From NCBI GenBank assembly GCA_977017575.1, contig CDRNVI010000046.1:62001-126000 (forward strand): a stretch of 64,000 nucleotides of DNA. Reading direction: 5' to 3'. A model generated the notes under the pieces. It was not told the origin of the DNA. It saw only the letters and a program-made list of their open reading frames with translations, and did not search any database. Positions 33,501 to 43,100 of the stretch are shown here, piece after piece. Each line of letters opens with the position of its first letter. The stretch's first letter is position 1. The DNA is from Paramoeba atlantica. Its lineage: Eukaryota > Protista > Discosea. The position numbers and the translations under genes were made by a program.

Positions 33501-35004
33501 CTTTCGAAACAGTTACGGCGGAAGCCAGCCATGAGATCGCGGCCCTGCTTTCGTCATTTGTAGGCAGCCCCGCTTTAATTGCAAGTCCACACTTAGTCAA
33601 GCGTTCTCCTTTTGTCCAAGTTACATTTATCATCTCTTCCTCAAAATATACAGGCAATTGTTTCTCTGCAGAAAGAAAAGCTGTGCTTGATAAGAGCAGG
33701 GGAACGGGTTGAGGTTCTGGACTTAGAAATACAACTTCTTCTAGTTTCTCAGCCTGATTTCGGATAAAGAAGTCTTCGCTATACGTCTTTGGCACCGCTG
33801 GTGGCAAGAATCCGTTGTCTTCGATGGGAGCTTCAAGAAGGTCTACACCATGGAAGACAACTCGGTACCACCCTGATCGAAGCTCTTTGGAGGGAAGTAA
33901 AAGCTCCCATTGATGTTCAGGAAAATCTTCATATTGTGTTGATTTCGCGAGACCTTTTTCGGCATACGTTGAAAATCGGGACATAATCTGTTTGAGTGGA
34001 ACTTTATGGTTCGAAGGAAAGGAACGAATTACTCTATGTCTTCGCGAAAGTGAGGCGTGCGAGAATCTAAGAGCAATGTTCGGAATAGGAGAATATGTTG
34101 TGGAAGCAGAGCGGTACTCTACGCTTATCATTGCTCGGCTTCCTACCCAATTGCGATACGCTCTGTACAGAAAACTTAGTTGAACCGATAAAGTAAGCTC
34201 AGCTTCGGACACTACGATGGTATTATAAAGGGGCTCCTTCTTGGGATACTGTATCAGCAGTTTCCCTCGTGGCAATAAATGAAAAGGTTCAGTGTAGCGC
34301 AAGCCCATACGGAACACGTAGCACGCTTTTAACGGTTGGGATGAAGTGTGTAATGTTCCTCCTTCTCTTTCCGGTACGCGTAAGAGAATTCTTTTACGTG
34401 TGTCACTCCACACGACTTTTTCGCACGGAATACACCCCCCTTCCTTTGGATTTTGCAGAATCGGATGAAACTCTAATAGATCGATTTCACAGAGATCTAC
34501 ACTATCGGCACTTGAGCGCAAGACCTGAGAAGCAAAGGCGTCATACCAAGAATGATTTTCCGTATCTGTGCGACGTAGACAAATTCTGTCCCCGGCAAAT
34601 AAAACAGGACCAAGGCGCTTGTCACGGCACACTGGCGTTCTGTCCTCCACAAGAGAAGTCTGAGACGTGTCCGAACGTGACTTAGGGAATGGATAAAATT
34701 CCCAGCCCGCATACCTGGCCCATTCGGGTGTTGCATATGCAGGAGGTCCCAAAACATTTGATAGCTGAATCGCTGGATCGGCAATAATCGCCGCTCGAAG
34801 GCTTTTCCTCTCCTTTTCAAGTTCGGAGTCGCCATCTACACAAGAAGTTGTGATAAATGCTCTTACGCATCGAATCCACGGAAGCGTGGCAGATGACGAT
34901 TTTTCTTTTTGTGACACACATCCGTCCGTACTGCACAATCGATTTGAGGTCTTGTCAATCCCGTTCAAAAGAGATAAAAACAAGCAGAAGAATAGAAGTT
35001 TCAT
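30577..35004 (-). CDS. Signal-peptide-bearing TBC (Rab-GAP) domain protein, paralogue 1 (about 1475 aa)
   Basis: The first ATG gives MKLLFFCLFLSLLNG. The TBC1D20/Gyp8-like core has IKKDLSR (Arg finger), YYQG (Gln finger) and WIATLF..RFFDFFFATDPLFMPVYLSAS. Confidence 0.85.
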   Translation of the reverse strand: MKLLFFCLFLSLLNGIDKTSNRLCSTDGCVSQKEKSSSATLPWIRCVRAFITTSCVDGDSELEKERKSLRAAIIADPAIQLSNVLGPPAYATPEWARYAGWEFYPFPKSRSDTSQTSLVEDRTPVCRDKRLGPVLFAGDRICLRRTDTENHSWYDAFASQVLRSSADSVDLCEIDLLEFHPILQNPKEGGCIPCEKVVWSDTRKRILLRVPEREGGTLHTSSQPLKACYVFRMGLRYTEPFHLLPRGKLLIQYPKKEPLYNTIVVSEAELTLSVQLSFLYRAYRNWVGSRAMISVEYRSASTTYSPIPNIALRFSHASLSRRHRVIRSFPSNHKVPLKQIMSRFSTYAEKGLAKSTQYEDFPEHQWELLLPSKELRSGWYRVVFHGVDLLEAPIEDNGFLPPAVPKTYSEDFFIRNQAEKLEEVVFLSPEPQPVPLLLSSTAFLSAEKQLPVYFEEEMINVTWTKGERLTKCGLAIKAGLPTNDESRAAISWLASAVTVSKETSTSISSSAIQTLALAAKKTENVFHFYMNCTERSGGRFSFRYAPRSYFVYSTPFLILRNSDARSWLKQNLDSENQFHSALARLRHRAIQSGLRTDIMDRCCAWRRLLKYENTVTWPIGYTESLMEATTSVQIKKDLSRCRYGNTTDLKQQDDLWFIMKQVFSNDHEASYYQGLNEVALVPYLLCSKDDAIPLMHLLKKYWIRPHLTHGMKFTQALYRLVHPLVEYRNPIVARHIEASGHMEGNYAMAWIATLFATAYDKGPVHVVGRFFDFFFATDPLFMPVYLSASMMLHARLELDRTYDTILRQSNQLGLEDPEMFHMYQTILAVPHLYGTDEVNELYAAGQNSELLEAALHTAHDLYRSCPPQRLMLYSSGRNPCLNISLITSQVEQGLTPPVSSEIADLYVSTDQMDELTNEVVFENTRFLLDVSFVSHEGTGSSTDRTSGSPVKEIVGGTRNADSDRENVSTPADDETTSGILFTTAARIARYTSYIFRDVNVGPDSSTHPRSTGHMLDIDALERILRTEAEDELHHLRSMGAQFSDAMQEVIQRLRVKLQRAYAHLFNRLRWAPREYRELRVTPFLSAEMSSLPSPAREIIISLTPEVLIGALEDAFRKEGEEWNHFQSEDTSDDESSVEVPSTDSSGNTAENTPVGSLRGRQLRLHVTSGTLFQNLRFSLSLCRIQSQLVRELELFAPTEQHLAEMQTLFLAIDNDARDNVFHLKRLSKEIEGERDSYVPDVCHISVASLRSSKDSQYKVQHVLSEKSQSIRVLVPKYRNYVYATETQLTETLAHLFFDLLSAFELSSCHVLRIPLELLTHGLLKHVIRNNLQRSVPLDWDNDSETYPVMARYVAQGLSQALLLAPDPMVKRLLTPSSTRSILLISGSQAHTRTLSEAVNAAFHQVIRTCREERSKHMMFGKALFARLSTYREGTLRRLLNQESESEGELVPSTTEYNVSSSQRQQWTKEEEKEEE

Positions 35005-35323
35005 CTCATGTTGGTATGACAAGGTTCTCGCATTAGATTGCTGCGCATTGCTGTTCCATTATTGTAAAAATAAATTGTTCGCTTTAAGAAACATTAGTTT
35101 GTATTTCTAGTCTGAACTCAAAACTATGGTTCTCCTGATTCAACACGCGAATCATACCATATTCGACATGCTGCGAATGACACATGCGAATCTTGAATTG
35201 AACTGCGAATCAACTGTGATTTTTTTTTCTCTTGCTCTTGTATGTAGAAGTATAAAAAGTAAAATACGTTTAAAATGCCCCAAAAAACAAGCTAGCGAAA
35301 TATTTTTGAACGGTGTAACTATG

Positions 35324-35944
35324 TTAATTTGGCGCCCCAAAAGCTTCGGGAAGTCTTTCAATTGTATATCGATGACGACTAATGTACATGATGGGAACAC
35401 CCGGGATCTTTCTAATTCTTCTTTTCAGATCTTTATCACAGGTTGCTACAATATAAATTCGATGTTGCGTGATGCGGTCAACAATGCAATCATCCGCGTA
35501 AGTGCTACCGCAGTGCAAACGCTGAAAACGAGGATCCCGTGCTAATCGAAGTGCGATACGAAATTTTTTCCCCAATTTTTCCATTTCAGCCAGCACGCAA
35601 TCACAAACACATGGTACACATTTCGCCATCAGGCAGTCCATCATTGAAGGAATGATTTCCAACTTATTTTGCATGGAAAAATTTATAAAATTTGTGTCTA
35701 GAAGAATGTGAAAGGGAGGCCCAAGGGCGTGATTATACGTGAGAAACATTGAGCTTGGCATTTGTTCGGTGCGACGAACTTCCTTAGCGTCAAAATGTTG
35801 AGCATCTGGGTCGGTAAGACCTTTCCTGTTGTATGTAACTTGATACTGGTGATGCTCTTCGTCCTTTTCTCGTTCTCTCTGTAGTCGGTCTTTATGGAGA
35901 ATGCGCTTTATAGCTACCCTGCGTGTTTGTCGTGATTTCGTCAT
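35324..35944 (-). CDS. FCF1: rRNA-processing PIN nuclease Fcf1/Utp24
   Basis: [51 protein letters not shown]. Confidence 0.96.
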   Translation of the reverse strand: MTKSRQTRRVAIKRILHKDRLQREREKDEEHHQYQVTYNRKGLTDPDAQHFDAKEVRRTEQMPSSMFLTYNHALGPPFHILLDTNFINFSMQNKLEIIPSMMDCLMAKCVPCVCDCVLAEMEKLGKKFRIALRLARDPRFQRLHCGSTYADDCIVDRITQHRIYIVATCDKDLKRRIRKIPGVPIMYISRHRYTIERLPEAFGAPN

Positions 35945-36208
35945 GTTAGAATATTTTTTATCGGAAAGTAAACTTGTACGGTGTCAAAAGAGACAAACGA
36001 ACCACAGACGTAGAAAAAATAGGAAAACTGTAGAGTTGAGAAAAGCAGAACGCCAAAAGTCGAACTTACAACGGTGCGCTAAACGTAGCGCATCTTTTCA
36101 TAATAGAATTTTGAAGGTGCGTGAGACGTACACTTAAAAGTAGAACGGTGTGACAAAATTTTTACAAAACATACCCTGGATGGGGTAATGAGGTAATTCC
36201 CTCCCATC

Positions 36209-36305
36209 AGTGACTTCGTTAAACGCGGTGGTTGTTTTCAACTTAGAAGTCACTCATGCTGCGCGCTTCGCGTTGAAAACTACCTCCGCGTTTAACGAAG
36301 TCACT
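36209..36305. repeat. 97-bp fold-back mini-element (34-bp arms); degenerate second copy near 20846-20920
   Basis: Arms 36209-36242 and 36272-36305 differ at 2 positions. The loop TTAGA..GCTGCGCGCTTCGC is shared with the second copy. Confidence 0.8.
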
Positions 36306-37134
36306 AAAAAAGAAAAATTGCCAAAACAGCATGAAAGAACAATTTTTTGGGTGAAACCGAAGTCAACTTCGTGTTTTGGCGTATTAAATAGATTACAATG
36401 GATTTGGTCAAGGGACACCACAAGGAAGATGCCTTTTCACAAGCACGATGAACTTCACACATTGCCTCTGCCTTATTGTACGTGACAGACTCCGGGTCGT
36501 TGTAATCACCTCCTTTGGTGTTAAACCCTCTGTTACGATGCTGGTTCCCCATATCTCGATTTATTAATTTTTGATAATTCAATATCCCAGTCGCACGGAT
36601 GTCGTACACTGTTCTCCGAGATATCCCGTACTTTTCTCGAATAGCCTTCACCGAATCCTGGGTTCGACAAATCTCGCGTTTGTCGTAAATTGTGAGTTCA
36701 ACTCGCTGCCGCTTTTTTTCGTTTACCGTTGGAGGTGCATTCGTTTTTAGAACAGGTGCCCGTTCCCCTACCTGGGGGGAGGGTGGCGCTGACCGAGCCC
36801 AACTCGACAGCGGACCTTTTATCATATGCACGGTTGTCGGTACACCGTCCGTGTGCGGCATATGTTGACGAAGAGAAACAGATAGAGCAGATAGAGAAAG
36901 CTAAAAAATCTACAGTATTGAGTAACTTAATGTTGGAAGTTGGTAGCCTAAGTGACTTTCCAAATAGAATAAAAAAAGAAAAAATCAAATCGGTCCCACC
37001 ACACGAACTTTTTTCAGCTTCAATTTTGTGCGTATTAAAGGGGGGGTCCCACCACACAAATTTTCTTCAGCCTCCTTTTTGTGCATATTAAAGGGGGGTA
37101 AGAGGGGGGTGCATATTAAAGGGGGGGGTCACAG
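36306..37134 (-). mobile_element. 5' fragment of a pogo/Tigger-like transposon (ORF from ATG 36861)
   Basis: CENP-B-type HTH (RVELTIYDKREI..AIREKYGISRRTVYDI) lies next to the terminus TATTAAAGGGGGGGGTCACAG|TA. No catalytic domain. Confidence 0.75.
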
Positions 37135-37687
37135 TATTTTATGCAATGCGATGAAATCATTTCTTTTCGGTTCGAAAGCGCCATCGTGGACAACATGGTA
37201 TGAGGCGTGTTCGGAGTGAAGGGACAGAAATCGCCGACAATTGCATCCACTACAAGAACTCTACTAAGTTAATAGACAGAAATTCTGCATATTGTACGTT
37301 TGCGCCATAAAAATAGAAAAAAAGTCAAAAGTATGAAAAAGACCAAATTTGCTTCACTTTAACCAATGATCCCTAGGGTATTTCAAAGAGCGCTCATCGA
37401 AATTGCCCTCCAGCCGAGAGCTTCTTTTAGGAGAAATACTCTTAATTAGACTTTGTCGTTCAAAATGACAATGTTTGTGGCTTAACGTGTCTGAAATATG
37501 CTGTATAAGTTTATCTTGGCAAAGCCCTTGGCTTGACCCATTTCTTGAGAGCGAAAGTTTCAGGGTATCTTCAACTTTTATGATAACACACTAAAGCCAA
37601 GGATGAAAATCATCGATGAATTGACGCATTGCTGGCTACTCATACTGATTCTCGGAAGTTGAGCACTCAAATCCTGAAGAATCTTCC

Positions 37688-38284
37688 CTAAGTATCTTCC
37701 TTGAAGTGTCTTAGTTCACAATTTGGTATTTCTTTGAGTGCTCCGGAGTACAAATTTAGCATTCGAATTCGATGCTCGAAGTAGTCTATGGCCTGTTTGC
37801 TGGGAAGAGTAAGAAAAGCGTGGGCAGATAAAATAATAAATAATGTCCAGGAAAAAAGAATAATTTTTTTGAAACCACATAGCCACATGGCCCAAAGCGC
37901 AAGCAAAGTTTGTGATATGTATAATGCTACAGAAAGAAATTCAGATTTTATCCGTAGATTTCCGTACATAATTCGCATTCGATGCCTCGCGAAAAGCACA
38001 AGGAGGGGGAAGAAAAAACGGGGATAAATGCAACTGTACCCCAGCCACACCGCAAGTGCTATATTAAAGTAATTACGCATAAAATGTCCCCAGTTGATAA
38101 CATAATATGCAGCATGGCATCCCGATGGGGGGATGCATGGAGGGTGCAGTAATGATTTCCACGATCTTATCTCGCTGCTTTTAAAGTGAAAAACAAAATT
38201 TATCGCAATAAAAACAAAATCAAGTGTCGACTGCCCCAGCATACATGAAACTAAATTAACTAAGTATTCTAATTTGTCTATCAT
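37688..38284 (-). CDS. PRA1: PRA1-family (prenylated Rab acceptor) membrane protein
   Basis: N..HF..NY..I motif, two long hydrophobic hairpins, and the LSAHAF motif. Confidence 0.6.
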   Translation of the reverse strand: MIDKLEYLVNLVSCMLGQSTLDFVFIAINFVFHFKSSEIRSWKSLLHPPCIPPSGCHAAYYVINWGHFMRNYFNIALAVWLGYSCIYPRFFFPLLVLFARHRMRIMYGNLRIKSEFLSVALYISQTLLALWAMWLCGFKKIILFSWTLFIILSAHAFLTLPSKQAIDYFEHRIRMLNLYSGALKEIPNCELRHFKEDT

Positions 38285-38864
38285 TCTTATCACAATATTC
38301 CTTAAAGCAGTACTATATTTGCAGCTTGCGAGATGCAAAGGAAGTTTGAAAAAGAACTTAAAAATCCTACTAAAAAGTCAAACTAAAGAGCATACGATCA
38401 GTTAATTTGACTCAAAACAGAAATCATTTTTTTTATCATGCGAAAATTGAAAACATCATGTAAGAACAGAATGCTCATTCGAAGACGTTCGCACACGCGA
38501 TGCTACATAGCATGCTAACCTGTTGTCTTGGCTAAGGAAGAATGAAAGTGAACTAAAGATTGAAAGTTAACAGACTTTTCTTAATACACGTTCTTAGTAC
38601 ACGTGAGAGGCTGCGTGTATCATCTCGCGTGATCTTGTTTTGCCATAGCAGTTTTGACACAGTAAAGAAAAAACAGTAAAACATAGTGTCAGTTTTCTCT
38701 TTCACAACGTTTGTATAAAAGCGTACACGTTTTATATAAATTTTATATAATATTTTATAACATGTATCTACACGTTATTTTATATACATGTTTTTTGATT
38801 ATTATTATTATTGGTTTTCATTCGATTATCTATCTTTCATTCGATTATCTACTGCATTTCTTCA

Positions 38865-39292
38865 ATGGAGTCGAACGCTGAGGTGAAAGACCGAATCCAA
38901 AGTTCCATTGAGTCCTCTTTGTCCTCCGATCATACTCTTCACGACCTCGTCGTTCTCACCATGAAAAAAAGCTTTACTACAAGTGTAGAAGGCCCAACGT
39001 GTTTACGAAACCACGTTTGGAAATCTTAACTGAGGATCTGGAAGGAAAGGTTGTAGAGACAATGGAGCGAATTACCCGTACGATGGATACGTTTGTCCAC
39101 CGCGGGCGTTCCATTTGCGGTGTGACGCTTTCGTGCTCGCTTATGGAACGAGTAATTTGTTTCCTAATTGAACATCAAGAGCATCTGCTCTTAGACGTGG
39201 GGCCCCGTGGTGTTTACTTCTTGGAGCAAGCCACTCAAGACTTAGAATCCTTTCTTGAGAAGAACCCTCTGTATGCCCCGCAGCGAAAATGA
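38865..39292 (+). pseudogene. Possible plus-strand gene (about 142 aa) frameshifted at an A7 run
   Basis: Adding one A at 38964-38970 joins MESNAEVKD.. to ..VFTKPRLEIL..LEKNPLYAPQRK. A pyrimidine-rich leader precedes it. Confidence 0.4.
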
Positions 39293-40195
39293 GTAAGTGA
39301 CGTTTTGCTCAGTATGGAGATCACTTACTGGAAGTCCCTCACGGGCCTGCCGTGCGTGGCGTAAACGTGCAAAAGTTGACAGTAATCCTACTACAGAGAC
39401 GGATGCTGACTTCTTTGTGTTTGTGTTCTTTAAATTGTACTTGGGAGCAGTTGTTCGAACTACAAGGTCTGTGGACCCTATCGGATACACGTGTTTCAAT
39501 TCGCACTCTGCGAGAGGACTTCACCCGAGTGGCAATGAAGGTGTGAAGGTCTGCTGAAACCTTGCAAAGCTCCGTTAAAACTCGCTGAACCACTGCATCA
39601 GTCTAACGTGACCGAAATCGGTTCTTCACGAACGCGGTTAGCTCACGTACAGAAACGTGTCCAAGAAAAACCATTTTCGAGATAAGCTCTGTGTGTGGCA
39701 TGGTCAACTAGAAGTACAACAGGGAAAGAATAGCACAGAAGGCGTTGAGATTGTAACACTTAATTTTATCAATCTCAAAAGAATTAAACAGGAGATCGGT
39801 AATGAATAATGCAGATTTCGAAGCGGCCATTATTTTGTGCACATAAACGTCGAAAATAGGTCGTCGTTTCCGGGTAGTGAGCAATAAATAATATAAAAGA
39901 AATATTTCCCTTCAAGCAAATTACTTTTCTATAAGCAGAACGTACTCGAAATAGTAATACTTATTGAATTCCAGAGAAATGGTTGTATTTCAAGATTTCA
40001 GCATAAACGTGTATACAATATACGTCATATTAACGATCCACATTTGCTTTAATTGGACGTATAAAAACGCGCGCATCGCCAAAGAGTCCAAGAATACTTT
40101 GGCAAAAGAAGTGTCATAAAATTTACAGGATATATAGAAGTCTACTCCTTATAGACATTGATTCGGAATTCGCACAAAAACTTCCTCATTATTAT

Positions 40196-43100
40196 TTACT
40201 CTTCTTTAGAATGTAACGGAACTCCACTCAATTTCCTACGTGTCACACCTTGAGGTACCGAGAAGTCTGCCTCAGCGGAATTCGCCGCCGGGTGAACGAC
40301 TAACCGCTTCGGGGAGGATCCACTTTCCATCTCCTCACTGTTCTTCCCCTCCTCTCCCCACTGCTGTGTCTCGGCATTCGACTCCACTGGACCAAGAAAC
40401 GGGTCCTCCTCCTCCTCCTCCTTCCCCCTCAACTGCATCGACGACCCTTCCCCAGGACCTGACGTTGTCTCCCACCCCTCTTCCCACAGCGAGGTCCCGC
40501 CGGACTCCTCCGGCTCCCTGGATGATCCGAGGGCACTGCATGTGCTGGTCTCATCCCACTCACTCCCGTCTGCTGTTGCTGTGTGATTCTGCTGCTCTCG
40601 AAGTATGGGCTCCTCCTCGTACGACCCGACACGGAATCGGGAGGGGGTGAGATGAATCGGCTGGGGTGGGGGCGCGGGAGGTGCGGAGAGGTGAGAGGAC
40701 GAGGGCGTCGGGGAGGCATGGGAGAGCGTACGGCCGCGGAGACGAGAGCGCGACCGGGACCGACGCCCGCCGGTACCGCTGCCAAACATCGCTCGTTTCG
40801 CTTCCTCTTCACGCCGGGAGAGCACGGCACGGCCAAAGGCTTTGTTGAGTGCCTTAGTGTAGATTTTTGACCCTTTGCGGGATCCGGCGCAGAAGTAGAC
40901 CGCGTGGGCCCCGAATGGCTGGTTGAGACGGTGAATCATAAGATCGGGGGCTCGTAAGAGGGTGTCTATGAGGGCTTTGGTGTTGTACTGTGCTATGGCT
41001 TTGGTGCAGTAAGTTTGGTTGTTCCATTGACCCTCTGGGAGTCGTTTCAGATGGTAGTACAGGACGTGGCGAACAAAGTCGTGCGTGAGTTCATCGACGG
41101 GGATGCGTAAGGAGTAACACGGACTGCGCTGAAACTCATCAAAGAGTCGGTAGTACAAATTTGATAAGGTCTCTGTCAACTGCTCTTCCGTGGAATAGAT
41201 GTACTGCTTGAAGCGAGGAAGAAGTACCCGAATACGACAACTGCCGTCAGATTCTACGGTAAAAGGATCCACTTCGAACTGTGAGGTACCGGAACTCAAA
41301 ATAAACGCCGCTGGACGAGCTCGAGCACCTTTTATGTACGATCCCTTATTCACGATTTCTTCAACCTCAGTAGAAATCACGCTTTCAACGCGATTCGCAG
41401 TTCGTACTTCCTTGTCTTGAGCGCTATACTTGGCTGAAATAAATAATGATTGCAGCTGCTGCAGATCATTCCCGGAAGTAATGTACAAGGATGGACGCTG
41501 TAACGCCACTGACATGCGAGTTCGGGACAAAAATTGCCGCAATTGAACGTACAAATCGTGCTGTGGAATGTAGAGTCGCAGTGCCATTTGTAATAAACTA
41601 CGTCCTCCATCATACAAAAATTGAGAATGGGTAGATGAACGCTTTATTTGAAACCTGGAATCTGAGCCCACGGTTTCATTGCTTGGAATTTCCGGGCAGG
41701 ATGCTGCGCTCTTGGGATCAGAAAATTCTTCCATGGCTTGCTCTTGTTGCAAAACTTCATCAATGGCTTGTAGAATGGCCGGAGCCGTGAGATGCATAAT
41801 GGAGGAGGCTAAGGGGTTTTTGGCCCATTCAAGCATCTCTTCGTATAAAAAGGGCTTCATAAGAAACTCAGCTGATCGCGAATTCCACCTTTTCCAACGT
41901 TTAAAAGCCTGTGCGTAAGCTTCTTGTAATTCTTGGCGTAATGTCGTTTCCGGAGTTTCGCCACTTAAAGATGCAGTTTCAGAATTGAATAGTTGGTTCA
42001 CAGTATCTTGAAGCGTGCTTTCAAGTTCATCTAGTTGTAACGCAACATAGGCGTCTTCTAGCGGACCGGCGGCATCCAGTACGCTCATACAGTCAACAGG
42101 AGAAGAACTTTTTGACGCAGTGCTAGACCCATGAGGTGATGGGCTTCGACTGTGTCCACCTTTTCGTTCTGGTGCAGCAAAGAAACGAAACGGGTTCGGG
42201 ATACCCATGTCACTTCGACTTCGATCTCTGCGTGAGGATGACGACCTGCGTGAGGATGAAGATTTGCGAGGCCTACGATTTAGCCTCACGTCACTTAGAG
42301 TAGAATTCGTGTATTCAACCTCAGTGCTATCTTTATTCGACTTTCCAAACAGCCCTGCACTAGACGGTCTCGAGTTTCGGTCTGTTAAGGAAATTTCTGC
42401 GCAACGACTTGATGGCAGTGGTTCACTGTCGGCCGATTCAATATAAACAAATTCTGGATCATTCATCAGCTTTTCTACTGTGTCTTCAAAGGACATGAGA
42501 ACATCCACACGAACAGAAGAAACAGCCCCCTCCGATAGCAACTGATCGCTGTCAAGAATGCTTTGGCTTGGCGTATCTATAGGAGACAACGTTACATTCG
42601 GGGATAACACGGGAGACACAACATCACTCGATTGATCGCCTTCCTCATTCGGTCGCTGACCCAAACACGGGTTTGTCCCTGGCTCGTAGAGCATTAGTCG
42701 CTCCGGTGGGCACACCTTGTAGAGCTCCAGAGCATAGGCGAGTACATTTTCAAGAGGTTCGTCTGTCTTACCAGAACCATATAGTTCATCAATCTCGGTA
42801 GTACCATATCGATGGGGGACAGAAAAGATGGCTTGGTACATGTGAAACGTCTCCGGCTCCTCGAGTCCCAGTTCCTCGGCCTGGCGGACTATATCGTGAT
42901 ATGCGCGATCCAAGTCTGCCCGGGCATGTATCAGCATGGAAGCAGAGAGGTAAACGGGCATAAAGAAAGGATCGGTAGCAAAGAAAAAGTCGTACATGCG
43001 TGCAACCACATGCAGTGGCCCTTTGGTGTACGCTGTGGTAAATAGAGTTGCTATCCACGCAAAAGCATAGTCTCCTCCAGCCTGGCTGGCGGCTTCTATG

